Of a stretch of DNA of 64,000 nucleotides, positions 45,612 to 54,805 are shown piece after piece (positions within the stretch are counted from its first letter, which is position 1; the number at the start of each line of letters is the position of its first letter). This DNA comes from Dehalococcoidia bacterium (GTDB lineage Bacteria; Chloroflexota; Dehalococcoidia; UBA2979), in NCBI GenBank assembly GCA_029941115.1, contig JAPYRK010000010.1, forward strand, positions 2,527 through 66,526. The letters are read 5' to 3'. The position numbers and the translations under genes are program-made. Below the pieces are notes generated by a model. It saw nothing but the letters and a program-made list of their open reading frames with translations, was not told the DNA's origin and ran no database searches.

Positions 45612-46807
45612 ACTTTCAGATAGAGCGATTTGAAGCCGCGAAGCGTCATAGTGCCACCCCATTCAATCTTTTGGATCAGTGGTGGAGTGTCGGTTACTGA
45701 TAGCATCGCCAGAATAGCCTGTTCTGCTAAACCCATCGCCGCTCCCGCACCAATACAGTGGTGCTCGCCAGAGCCAAACTGAAGTTGACCACGGAATGAA
45801 CGATCGAGCAAAAATTCGTCTGGTCGTTCAAATCGTTCAGGGTCTCTGCCAGCCGCCGTAACGACCGCCAATACTCCCTCTCCTGGCTTAATAGTGCGAT
45901 TACCCAAGCTCGTAGTCTCGGTCGCAAAGCGAGGAATAAACTGGGTCGGCCCCTGCCAACGCAAGGCTTCAATAACTGCCAAGGCCGTCAATTCAGGCTG
46001 TACCTTGAGTCGCTCGAATAGATCGGGAGTTATAGCTAGAATCCAGAGCATTAAGCCTATCAAAAACGCGGTTGCATTATTCCCAGCAATTGATAAATCA
46101 AATAGAAGTTTTGCTGCATCTTCCTCTGATATGCTGCCTACTTCTATGGCATCTCGTAATAACGCAATAGCCCCATTTGGAGCAGAATTAGTTGAAACCG
46201 CATGCTTGCAAACATCGCGCAATGCGGCCTGCGCTCGAACGCCCTGTGAGCGTACAATCGGACCGGCGCCGCTATGTGCACGCCAAGCTTGAATTGTTGT
46301 ACCCAATGACTCGTAGTTAGATCGTTCGCCGGGAGATGTACCAAGTAACTCATACACAGTCTCGACGACCGCCTGATTTGCAATTCCAGACATTGCCTCG
46401 AACGATTCGCCTTGAGCTGCGCTCACGGCACCGTGTGTCCATTTCCAAGCAATTTCCTTCACTATCTGTCCGTAATGATTCACATTATAAGCGGGTGACG
46501 CCAACGCTCGTTGATGCTTATGCTCCTCCAGGCCAGTTCGAATAAACGGAACATCACCCTGCCGATTACCGTCGAGTGTTCCGGTCAATTGTCTTGCTAA
46601 AATACTCCGGTTGTGCCGAATCGCAGCGTTTGCATCTGAGGAGAAAACAGAAGGTTGCTTTAATACCGTGTCGCAGTCTTCGTATTTAGTCAATACCCAG
46701 GCCTCAAACTTTGAATCCCAATGGACTGGATCTTCTTTACGTAGGCGTGCTAAAGCCGGATAAGGGTTTTTCAGATACGATGGGCGGTCAGGTTTCCAGT
46801 CGACCAT
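45608..46807 (-). CDS. cytochrome P450 (atypical I-helix)
   Basis: NPYP.LARLR..DPVHW, AGNNAT, IEALR, FGSGEHHCIG. Confidence 0.93.
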   Translation of the reverse strand: MVDWKPDRPSYLKNPYPALARLRKEDPVHWDSKFEAWVLTKYEDCDTVLKQPSVFSSDANAAIRHNRSILARQLTGTLDGNRQGDVPFIRTGLEEHKHQRALASPAYNVNHYGQIVKEIAWKWTHGAVSAAQGESFEAMSGIANQAVVETVYELLGTSPGERSNYESLGTTIQAWRAHSGAGPIVRSQGVRAQAALRDVCKHAVSTNSAPNGAIALLRDAIEVGSISEEDAAKLLFDLSIAGNNATAFLIGLMLWILAITPDLFERLKVQPELTALAVIEALRWQGPTQFIPRFATETTSLGNRTIKPGEGVLAVVTAAGRDPERFERPDEFLLDRSFRGQLQFGSGEHHCIGAGAAMGLAEQAILAMLSVTDTPPLIQKIEWGGTMTLRGFKSLYLKV

Positions 46808-46884
46808 ATTCTCTCAATCCTAATTACGTGTCTGCTCTCAGCTACAATACTCACTCTACCAGTAGCTCTTCGAAAGGAATCAAG

Positions 46885-47364
46885 ATGAGCGACGCCAACT
46901 CTAAAGCACTAACTTTGATTGAGGCACACTTTAACACTCTGGAAATAGGTTCGTCACTAGAACTTGACTCTATCTTCTCAACGGATGACGTTAGGGAATA
47001 CGCACGTGAAAACAATATCAACTGGCCCGGTCACTACCTAGACCAGAACGGCCAATCTTTAGTAGTGCCAGGAATGATATTTTTTCGACCAGCAGTTGGA
47101 TTTGGTCTGGGTGAACCAAATCCTCCTTTGGCGCGGGCAGGCTTCTTCACTCGAACTAGCCGCGCCTTCCGGCAACCTATTCGTGTGAACGAAGCTGTAC
47201 ATTTCAGAGGTCAAATCACCGACAAATATCTCCGCCGAGGCTATTACTATATCGTGGTCGACTGGACAGCAACGGGTGTTGATGGAGTAGTGGCTGCAAC
47301 TGGGCGAGAATGGCATACATTGGGCTGGGCCAGATATCCAAAAAACCATCCCAAAGGAGGTTAA
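46885..47364 (+). CDS. hotdog-fold (MaoC-like) protein
   Basis: ATG 46885 with AAAGGA SD (longer TTG start overlaps the P450); FRQPIRVNEAVHFRGQITDKYLRRG. Confidence 0.72.
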   Translation: MSDANSKALTLIEAHFNTLEIGSSLELDSIFSTDDVREYARENNINWPGHYLDQNGQSLVVPGMIFFRPAVGFGLGEPNPPLARAGFFTRTSRAFRQPIRVNEAVHFRGQITDKYLRRGYYYIVVDWTATGVDGVVAATGREWHTLGWARYPKNHPKGG

Positions 47365-47365
47365 T

Positions 47366-47725
47366 ATGTCGGACGCAGTGAATTTAATTGGTTTAGAAAT
47401 CTCACGCGGACCAATACAAGGCATCTCAACGGTCGGAGGGTCTGATCTGGTCACAAATAACGGACCCGTGGTTCCAAATGTCTTTCATTTTGCTCAAATG
47501 ACTGAGCTATTAGTTGGCCAGTTCCAACAAAATTGGTTTACCTCCGGTCAACTTTCTGTTCGATATCTTAAGCCTCTGCAACAAGGCGAAGAGTTGGTCG
47601 TAAAAGCAAAAGTAATCTCATATGATCATGACAATGCTGATCGCGCCAACCTTAGCGTTTGGTGCGAAAATATCAATGGGGAGCTGCTTGCCGTTGGCGA
47701 TGCCTCGTGCATCTGGGCACTTTAA
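47366..47725 (+). CDS. hotdog-fold (MaoC-like) protein, partner subunit
   Basis: GGAGG SD; GQLSVRYLKPLQQGEELVVKAKV...VWCENINGELLAVGDAS. Confidence 0.78.
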   Translation: MSDAVNLIGLEISRGPIQGISTVGGSDLVTNNGPVVPNVFHFAQMTELLVGQFQQNWFTSGQLSVRYLKPLQQGEELVVKAKVISYDHDNADRANLSVWCENINGELLAVGDASCIWAL

Positions 47726-47739
47726 TTAGCAAAAGGCTT

Positions 47740-48711
47740 TTACAAAAGTAAGCGTGCATATTCAACAGCAAACCAAAGTACGAATCCACCAGATCGATCA
47801 TCGTGACCTTCCACAGTTGGCCTCTGAATGTACTCCAGTAGTGTGGACAAAGGTCCGGTGCCCGCGCAGGCGTTTCGAACCTGTCCAGTTGAATCGATAT
47901 AGTTCGTAACACCTATCCAAGCTTTCTCTAAGTACGGAGAATAGTCTTGAGAAAGCCAGCCTCCTCTAATGCCTCGAGCCAAGACGTATCCAAGAATCGC
48001 CGTTGATGTCAATTCAAGGTACGTATCTGGATTGTTTATAACTTGTGGCCAGGCACCTGACTCATGCTGATACGAAATCAACGCGTCCAAATGTGCCCGA
48101 TGTTTGTTCACAGATTCCTGAAAATCAGGTTCTGTCACTGGTAAGAATGATAAAGCCTCGGCGAATCCCAAAGCAGCAAAAGCATTCCCTCTTCCCCAAT
48201 AGTACGGAGAAGAATTTGAATGCCACCAAAGATTTGAATTCGTTTGTGGATTAACTTGTTCTAAATAGTTGAATAGAAAATTTGCATAACCTTCTCGGTT
48301 AGTAAAGTCATAAGCACGTCCTAATAATGCGCCAACAAAAAAAATGTCCTCGACGCGATTGTCTGGGTCGATAGGATTTTCATCCGCCAGATACAAGTCT
48401 GCAATTTTGACCAGCAAATCCATATATTTCTGGTCAGCGGTCAAATCTGTCAAATCGTGAGCCCAGAGATAGCCACTATGGACTGAGCCATCCACAAAGC
48501 GAATCGAATCCATATCAAACTGCTTCACAACAGGATCAACCAAATGCTCAATCGAGGAAATTACCCTCTCCTCATCGCCAAGTAACCTCGCTAGTCTCAG
48601 GCGACCACTAATCGATACTCCACGTACATAATTAACAGGCAGTATTGTATTCCCATATTCACGAGCGAATACATTTGCGACGTCAATCAATGAGTCTTTC
48701 GAATTCAACAT
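47740..48711 (-). CDS. glycoside hydrolase family 88/105-like (unsaturated uronyl hydrolase)
   Basis: EDIFF, LWWH, YWGRGNAF, QHESGAWPQV, YLELTSTA. Confidence 0.82.
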   Translation of the reverse strand: MLNSKDSLIDVANVFAREYGNTILPVNYVRGVSISGRLRLARLLGDEERVISSIEHLVDPVVKQFDMDSIRFVDGSVHSGYLWAHDLTDLTADQKYMDLLVKIADLYLADENPIDPDNRVEDIFFVGALLGRAYDFTNREGYANFLFNYLEQVNPQTNSNLWWHSNSSPYYWGRGNAFAALGFAEALSFLPVTEPDFQESVNKHRAHLDALISYQHESGAWPQVINNPDTYLELTSTAILGYVLARGIRGGWLSQDYSPYLEKAWIGVTNYIDSTGQVRNACAGTGPLSTLLEYIQRPTVEGHDDRSGGFVLWFAVEYARLLL

Positions 48712-48847
48712 AGCCTCTCAACTTTACGCTAATTCCAATTCTTGAAACAAGTAACTTCTCAGACGAACCCTAGTTGGAGATAATAACCATTCCTGTTAGC
48801 ATGAAATTTCGTGAGAATAACTCAAACCAATCCCAGATATTCTTTTA

Positions 48848-48922
48848 GCGGGGGTAGCTCAGTGGTAGAGCGTCAGTTTTCCAAACTGAATGTCGCGGGT
48901 TCGATCCCCGTCCCCCGCTCCA
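48848..48922 (+). tRNA. tRNA-Gly(TCC)
   Basis: GCGGGGG/CCCCCGC-T-CCA acceptor, TCAGT-TTTCCAA-ACTGA anticodon arm, GGTTCGATCCC T arm. Confidence 0.95.
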
Positions 48923-49007
48923 ATTCAACTCATATGCTGACTAACTAACAATATCCGAATAGAATCAAACTACTAATTAAAACCTAATCGTAGAGAGTCT
49001 CACAATC

Positions 49008-49502
49008 ATGCCCGCGCAATATTCAGCCACAGATTCCAACACCGGACTTGAAGTAACCGTAACCGGTGAGTTCCCAGAAGAAAAAGATGACCGTGTTCGT
49101 ATTGCTCGAACTACTAATCTGTTTACAAGACTGATGGCTACGATACTTTCAACTGAGTCGACAGAAGAACGCAACCAGCGCTTTCGCGCGATCGAAACCC
49201 AGCTTGAAATAGCCGACTCACTGATAAAAGGTGATATGCAAGCAGTCGGAGAGCTTGTTAGAGATACGCTAAACGATATGGGGGTAACAGAAGATCAAAT
49301 TCGCGACGCCGAAGAGCAGTGGCGAGAGCAAATTGTTAAGCTAGGAGGAGATCCTGACTCAATTGAAAATATATTCCCCTCACAAAACGTAGAAGGAACC
49401 GCAAATAACGATCTTCCCTTGGAGGATCTCACGCCGGACGATATAGAAGATCTCTTTAACAGTAATAAGTCAGATGACGACGATAAAAGTGACGAGAAAT
49501 AG
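49008..49502 (+). CDS. hypothetical helical acidic protein upstream of uvrA
   Basis: 164-aa ORF ending 5 nt before the uvrA ATG; no recognised motif. Confidence 0.75.
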   Translation: MPAQYSATDSNTGLEVTVTGEFPEEKDDRVRIARTTNLFTRLMATILSTESTEERNQRFRAIETQLEIADSLIKGDMQAVGELVRDTLNDMGVTEDQIRDAEEQWREQIVKLGGDPDSIENIFPSQNVEGTANNDLPLEDLTPDDIEDLFNSNKSDDDDKSDEK

Positions 49503-49507
49503 TCTAA

Positions 49508-52435
49508 ATGGCTCGTAATGAAATTAGCATCACGGGTGCGAGAGAACACAATCTAAAGAACATCAATGTTTCAATACCACGAGACAGTCTCGTAGTATTG
49601 ACTGGCGTATCCGGATCAGGCAAATCGTCACTAGCCTTCGACACAATTTATGCTGAAGGACAACGGCGATATGTTGAATCTCTATCGGCGTATGCACGTC
49701 AATTCCTCGGTCTTATGGAAAAACCTGATGTTGATTATATCGACGGCCTATCGCCATCGATATCAATTGACCAAAAGGGCGTGTCGCGTAACCCACGTTC
49801 TACAGTAGCAACCGTCACAGAAATTTACGATTACTTAAGACTATTATTTGCTCGGGCAGGAACGCCACACTGCCCGAATTGCGGACAGAAAATAGAGCGC
49901 CAATCACCGCAACAGATTGTTGACTCAATTCTGAACGAACAAATCGACACGAAAGCTATGATTTTGGCACCTGTCGTAAGGCACAGACGAGGCGAGCATG
50001 CTCAAATTTTCGAAATGATTCGAAAAGCGGGCTACATACGAGTCCGAGTTGACGGTCAAATTCTCTCGATCGACGATGACATTACACTTAGTCGGCAACA
50101 GCATCACAATATCGAAGTTATCGTAGATCGCATCGTTATTCCTCGACTTGACCACGAAAACGGTGATCATGAACGCGGCCGTATAGTTGACTCTGTAGAG
50201 CAGGCACTTCAACTAGGTGAAGGCATTCTATTTCTAGTCTTGCTTAACAAAGATGGTGAATCGGCAGAGGAAAAAACTTTTTCGGAGCACTTTGCGTGCA
50301 CAAAACCTGAATGTGGCGGATATTCCGTTGGCGAAATCGAACCACGTAATTTCTCGTTCAATACGCCACACGGGGCTTGCCCGGCTTGTACCGGATTAGG
50401 CTATCAAATGAAAGTCGACGAGACCTTAGTCGTACCCAACAAAAATCTTTCAGTTGCACAAGGCGGCATTGTTGGGCTTAAGGGCTTTACCAAGGCTGCC
50501 TCTTGGTATCGCAGACGATTGCAAGCTGTAGCACGCTCAACTGGTTTTGAATTAGACACCCCGTTAAATGAATTGAGCGACCTCCAATGGTCGGCTCTCA
50601 TGAACGGAACCGGTGACACAGCAATTGATGAACTCGAATTTCGGTCAAGCTCCGACGCAACGTCCGTTAGAAAATTTCGTGTCCGATGGGAGGGGGTTCT
50701 CAACAATCTCCGACGACGACACCGCGAGACTGACAGCGATTGGGTTCGCAATGAAATAGAGAAATACATGGCTCGAATTCAATGCGACAGTTGCAACGGA
50801 GCACGACTAAAACCAGAAATTCTGTCTGTTTTTATAGATAAACGGTCGATAGTAGACGTAACTGAACTTGCTGTTGCTGACGTGCTCAACTGGATTCAAA
50901 CACTACAAGACGAGGAGCAAAGTCCCCTAAGTACGCGTGAATTTGCTATTGGTAGGCAAATACTGAAAGAGATTCAAGGTCGACTAACCTTCCTGCGCGA
51001 TGTGGGCCTCGATTATCTTTCATTAAACCGATCTGCGGCGACTCTATCAGGCGGAGAGGGTCAACGAATTAGATTAGCCACTCAGATTGGGTCAGCTTTG
51101 ATGGGTGTGCTATATGTGTGTGATGAACCAAGTATTGGTCTGCATCCCGTTGATAATGAACGTCTTATTTCTACGCTCACACAACTGCGAGATCTAGGGA
51201 ATACGGTTCTGGTAGTTGAGCATGATGAGGCGATGATGCTTGCCGCCGATCACCTGATCGATATAGGACCTGGCGCCGGGGAACATGGAGGCAATATCGT
51301 CGCGACCGGGACACCAAGTCAAGTGGCCAGAAATCGTAAATCGATGACAGGAGCTTATTTGTCTGGACGCAAAACTATACCTGTACCTAAGACAAGGCGT
51401 CCAGGCAATGGGAAGACATTAAGTATCGTTGGGGCTAAGGAGAACAATCTAAAAAATATAACCGCAAATATCCCGTTAGGTACTTTTGTTGCTGTTACTG
51501 GGGTATCCGGTTCTGGGAAGTCATCACTTATTAACCAAATTCTCGCTCGACAGCTTGCGTACGAGCTCAATGGCGCGCGAAGTGAGAAGCCTGGTAGTCA
51601 TGATGAACTCCTAGGAATTGAAAATCTTGACAAAGTAGTGGTAATCGATCAGTCAGCCATAGGTCGAACCCCCCGATCTAATCCAGCCACGTATACGCAG
51701 GTCTTTACGCTAATTCGTGACTTATTCGCTGAAATGCCTGAGGCCAAAGCTCGTGGCTACAAACCCGGAAGATTCTCATTTAATGTCAAAGGTGGCAGAT
51801 GTGAATCGTGCCGGGGGGATGGATATAACCTAATCGAGATGCAGTTTCTTCCTGACGTTACGGTGCCGTGCGAAATCTGCCACGGTGCTCGATACAATCG
51901 AGAAGCATTAGAGATTCTCTTTCGAGGCAAAAATATAGCCGATGTCCTCGGAATGACTGTAACCGAGGCAATTCACTTCTTCGACGCATTTCCCAAACCG
52001 CGGCGAAAACTTGATACGATTCGCGATGTTGGTTTGGGATATATTAGACTCGGGCAGCCCGCAACCACGCTCTCTGGAGGTGAGGCTCAAAGAATCAAGC
52101 TCGCGACAGAGCTATCGAGACGTGCAACCGGCTCAACTTTGTATATTCTTGATGAACCCACCACGGGACTCTCTTTCTCCGACGTTGAGTCACTCCTACA
52201 AGTACTCCAAAGATTAGTTGATGCTGGAAATACTGTGGTGGTGATTGAGCACCATTTAGATGTGATAAAAAACGCAGACTGGATCATTGATCTTGGCCCA
52301 CATGGTGGTGAGAAAGGTGGCCGAATTCTTGCCGAAGGAACGCCAGAACAAATCGCAAAAAGTAAAAAATCGATAACGGGTAAGTATCTTAGAATAAATC
52401 CAAAAAACGTCCAAAAAAAGAAACCTCGGCGTTAG
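49508..52435 (+). CDS. uvrA: excinuclease ABC subunit A
   Basis: GAREHNLKN, two [10 protein letters not shown] Walker A motifs, LSGGE signatures, CxxC zinc fingers. Confidence 0.99.
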   Translation: MARNEISITGAREHNLKNINVSIPRDSLVVLTGVSGSGKSSLAFDTIYAEGQRRYVESLSAYARQFLGLMEKPDVDYIDGLSPSISIDQKGVSRNPRSTVATVTEIYDYLRLLFARAGTPHCPNCGQKIERQSPQQIVDSILNEQIDTKAMILAPVVRHRRGEHAQIFEMIRKAGYIRVRVDGQILSIDDDITLSRQQHHNIEVIVDRIVIPRLDHENGDHERGRIVDSVEQALQLGEGILFLVLLNKDGESAEEKTFSEHFACTKPECGGYSVGEIEPRNFSFNTPHGACPACTGLGYQMKVDETLVVPNKNLSVAQGGIVGLKGFTKAASWYRRRLQAVARSTGFELDTPLNELSDLQWSALMNGTGDTAIDELEFRSSSDATSVRKFRVRWEGVLNNLRRRHRETDSDWVRNEIEKYMARIQCDSCNGARLKPEILSVFIDKRSIVDVTELAVADVLNWIQTLQDEEQSPLSTREFAIGRQILKEIQGRLTFLRDVGLDYLSLNRSAATLSGGEGQRIRLATQIGSALMGVLYVCDEPSIGLHPVDNERLISTLTQLRDLGNTVLVVEHDEAMMLAADHLIDIGPGAGEHGGNIVATGTPSQVARNRKSMTGAYLSGRKTIPVPKTRRPGNGKTLSIVGAKENNLKNITANIPLGTFVAVTGVSGSGKSSLINQILARQLAYELNGARSEKPGSHDELLGIENLDKVVVIDQSAIGRTPRSNPATYTQVFTLIRDLFAEMPEAKARGYKPGRFSFNVKGGRCESCRGDGYNLIEMQFLPDVTVPCEICHGARYNREALEILFRGKNIADVLGMTVTEAIHFFDAFPKPRRKLDTIRDVGLGYIRLGQPATTLSGGEAQRIKLATELSRRATGSTLYILDEPTTGLSFSDVESLLQVLQRLVDAGNTVVVIEHHLDVIKNADWIIDLGPHGGEKGGRILAEGTPEQIAKSKKSITGKYLRINPKNVQKKKPRR

Positions 52436-52497
52436 TCAATCCAAGTTGATCGGAAGCCCGTATGTGAGACCATGCCTAGAGGTGAAGGGAGCATATT

Positions 52498-53697
52498 ATT
52501 TCTGATAATAATTACACGTACTTAGATTTACATGTGCATTCGGTCGACGGCTCTGATGACGCCGGAGCTCATGTAGAAGGTTACCTCAAATGGATATCTT
52601 CTCGACGAAAAAAAGGATTTAAAATTGACGGGTTTGTGCTTACAGAACATCGAAATTACGACCAATCTCTCAATTATGATGAACTCGCATCCCGATATGA
52701 TGCAATAGTTTTACGCGGGATCGAGGTAGAAACAGATATAGGACATGTTCTTGTATATGGCGCTGGTTCAGCTTTTTTCGAATCTTTTGATCTATCGGAT
52801 ATTTCTCTACCATACGAAGATGTGTTTAGAGTAGCTTGGGACAGCGGTGGCATTGCTGTTGGGGCGCATGCCGGCCGACCCAGAATCGGCGCTCTCGAAC
52901 ATGTTGATGAGCGAAATGTGACCCTCAAAGGAGTGGGTGTTCTAGAGACGCTCAATGGGGGTAGCAATGATTTCGAAAACGCACGAGCACACGAACTCGC
53001 GTCAACCAAAAATATACGTGAGATTGGAGGATCTGATTCTCACTTTGTATCAACTCTAGGTGCCTGCTTGACGCGCTTCGAAGAACAAGTGAGCAGCATA
53101 TCTGAGCTCGTGAAAATTCTACGAAGTTCGAGTTCGCAATTCGTACCATTGAAACTAGAGGAAACGCTACCCGGTGCTGACATCCCTGAATCAAGGCCCT
53201 CCTCAGAACAGTTAATACCTCATACGAGCGGACAGGGTGAACTCGGCGGAGAAGAACTTGAATATGACCGTAGTGTTGTAGGCAAGGAAGTATTTGGCGG
53301 GAAGCTTGAAGTTACCTCAGACGCGATCAGTAAGTACTGTGACGCGATCGATGAGACAAATCCAATCTATGTAGATAGTAACTTTGCTAAAACCGGCCCC
53401 TATGCCGGAATTATTGCGCCACCTGGAATTTTACAGACGGCGCAAGTAGGATCTCCGCCCGATCCGGAGGTAAAATTTGGGACTACACAGTTCATGGCCG
53501 GTTCGCATCAGGAATATCTGTTACCAATTAGGCCGGACGACACCCTTGAAGCGTACGTTCAGGTCAAGGAAGTCTACGAAAAAACAGGTCGAAGTGGTCG
53601 GATGGTTTTTATAGTGCGCCAAACAAGATGGGCCAACCAATTTGGTGAAAATGTAGCGCTACTAGAAACTTCCATGGTGATTCGACAAATTCAGTAA
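52498..53697 (+). CDS. PHP-domain / MaoC-N hotdog fusion protein, probable ATT start
   Basis: in-frame YLDLHVHS lies upstream of the first GTG (52534); LTEH, GIEVETDIGHVLVYG, GSDSH, then YCDAIDETNPIY...GIIAPPG; GAAGGGAG SD precedes ATT codons at 52495/52498. Confidence 0.8.
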   Translation: MSDNNYTYLDLHVHSVDGSDDAGAHVEGYLKWISSRRKKGFKIDGFVLTEHRNYDQSLNYDELASRYDAIVLRGIEVETDIGHVLVYGAGSAFFESFDLSDISLPYEDVFRVAWDSGGIAVGAHAGRPRIGALEHVDERNVTLKGVGVLETLNGGSNDFENARAHELASTKNIREIGGSDSHFVSTLGACLTRFEEQVSSISELVKILRSSSSQFVPLKLEETLPGADIPESRPSSEQLIPHTSGQGELGGEELEYDRSVVGKEVFGGKLEVTSDAISKYCDAIDETNPIYVDSNFAKTGPYAGIIAPPGILQTAQVGSPPDPEVKFGTTQFMAGSHQEYLLPIRPDDTLEAYVQVKEVYEKTGRSGRMVFIVRQTRWANQFGENVALLETSMVIRQIQ

Positions 53698-53706
53698 CAG
53701 AGATGG

Positions 53707-54189
53707 GTGAATAAAATGACGGACACAGCTACAGGTGCTCAGAGATACTTTGAAGAAGTTGAAATCGGTGAGGAATACATCCAAACTCAGGTCCCGAGTC
53801 GAGAAAATGTTCTCGAATTCTTAAGCACCTGGTCGGATCCTGGAGATGAAACTCGTGGTCGGTTCACTGATCAGGCAGGTGCCGACAAGGATGGACTACA
53901 AAAACCAATCGTACCAGGTAATATGTCTGCTTCAATGATTACACGGTTGGTAACTGACTGGGCGGGTCCGTTAGGACGGATAGTGAGCCTCGATATTTCA
54001 TTTAGGCGCCCAGTACAACACAACGACCAACTCACGTGTTTAGCTCTCGTAACCGAAAGAGATGATGATCTCGCCGACGCCGGCGGTCCAGCAATTGTAA
54101 GTATTGACGTTTCTTTTGAAAATGAACGAGGAGAAAAGCCTGTTCAAGGCACCGCACAAGTAGAGCTACCACGACGTGATGCCGAATAA
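53707..54189 (+). CDS. MaoC-like hotdog protein
   Basis: RYFEEVEIGE, PIVPG, TDWAGP.GRI, FRRPV; start 53707 or 53716. Confidence 0.85.
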   Translation: MNKMTDTATGAQRYFEEVEIGEEYIQTQVPSRENVLEFLSTWSDPGDETRGRFTDQAGADKDGLQKPIVPGNMSASMITRLVTDWAGPLGRIVSLDISFRRPVQHNDQLTCLALVTERDDDLADAGGPAIVSIDVSFENERGEKPVQGTAQVELPRRDAE

Positions 54190-54805
54190 TTCTAAGAACC
54201 AATTCGAACCGTCTGACTCGTCCTTTTCACAATGGTTGATTACTGAAGCGCGGGTCAGCGAGCCACGACGAATAGTTAGAACTGACGAAACGACCGTCCT
54301 CGTATCCAAGGTTGAATCTGGATTTGCTGTGGAGTTGCACAACACTCTCGACTTATTAGGATTTAAAAGTGATGACGATTTTAAACTACAGGTCAGAACG
54401 CGCATGTGGGATGCATATCCTGTGAACATGGGCCGCGTTGAAGCTTGGCGATTGAGTGTCAAGGACGTATTTCTTGAGTCAGGTAAAGAATTTTCAATAC
54501 CTGTAGCTCGATTGAATGAAATACAAATCGGTGTCGACTCAGTTGCGGCCTTGCTCGACGCAACATTATGGACCAATCCAGCTCTGGCGGACGACGCCTA
54601 TCAACCGACAACGGGGGAATCAAAGGCCTATATCGAAAACCTTAAAGCACTAAACAATGGATCAGATATCTTCACCCGTTTCTACGGATACTATGCAGGG
54701 AAATCCGTAATGAATCACTGTCCGGGAGCCCTATTCGCTAGAGAATTGCTGTCATCAGGATGGGAAATCTGCACGGGGGTGAAGACCCCAGATACTAAAA
54801 ATTAA
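54176..54805 (+). CDS. hypothetical protein
   Basis: 209-aa ORF overlapping the MaoC stop; no recognised motif. Confidence 0.65.
   Translation: MMPNNSKNQFEPSDSSFSQWLITEARVSEPRRIVRTDETTVLVSKVESGFAVELHNTLDLLGFKSDDDFKLQVRTRMWDAYPVNMGRVEAWRLSVKDVFLESGKEFSIPVARLNEIQIGVDSVAALLDATLWTNPALADDAYQPTTGESKAYIENLKALNNGSDIFTRFYGYYAGKSVMNHCPGALFARELLSSGWEICTGVKTPDTKN

Noticed and set aside
46711-46884. Long N-terminal extension of the hotdog ORF from TTG 46711
   Set aside because: Overlaps the divergent P450 start; ATG 46885 has a good SD
34762-48922. Genomic island bounded by the two tRNAs
   Set aside because: No integrase, no duplicated tRNA 3' end (att site) and no obvious compositional shift
52477-52485. 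Sec read-through of the in-frame TGA at 52483 to explain the missing start of the PHP-MaoC gene
   Set aside because: An in-frame TAG lies two codons upstream (52477-52479) with no start codon in between
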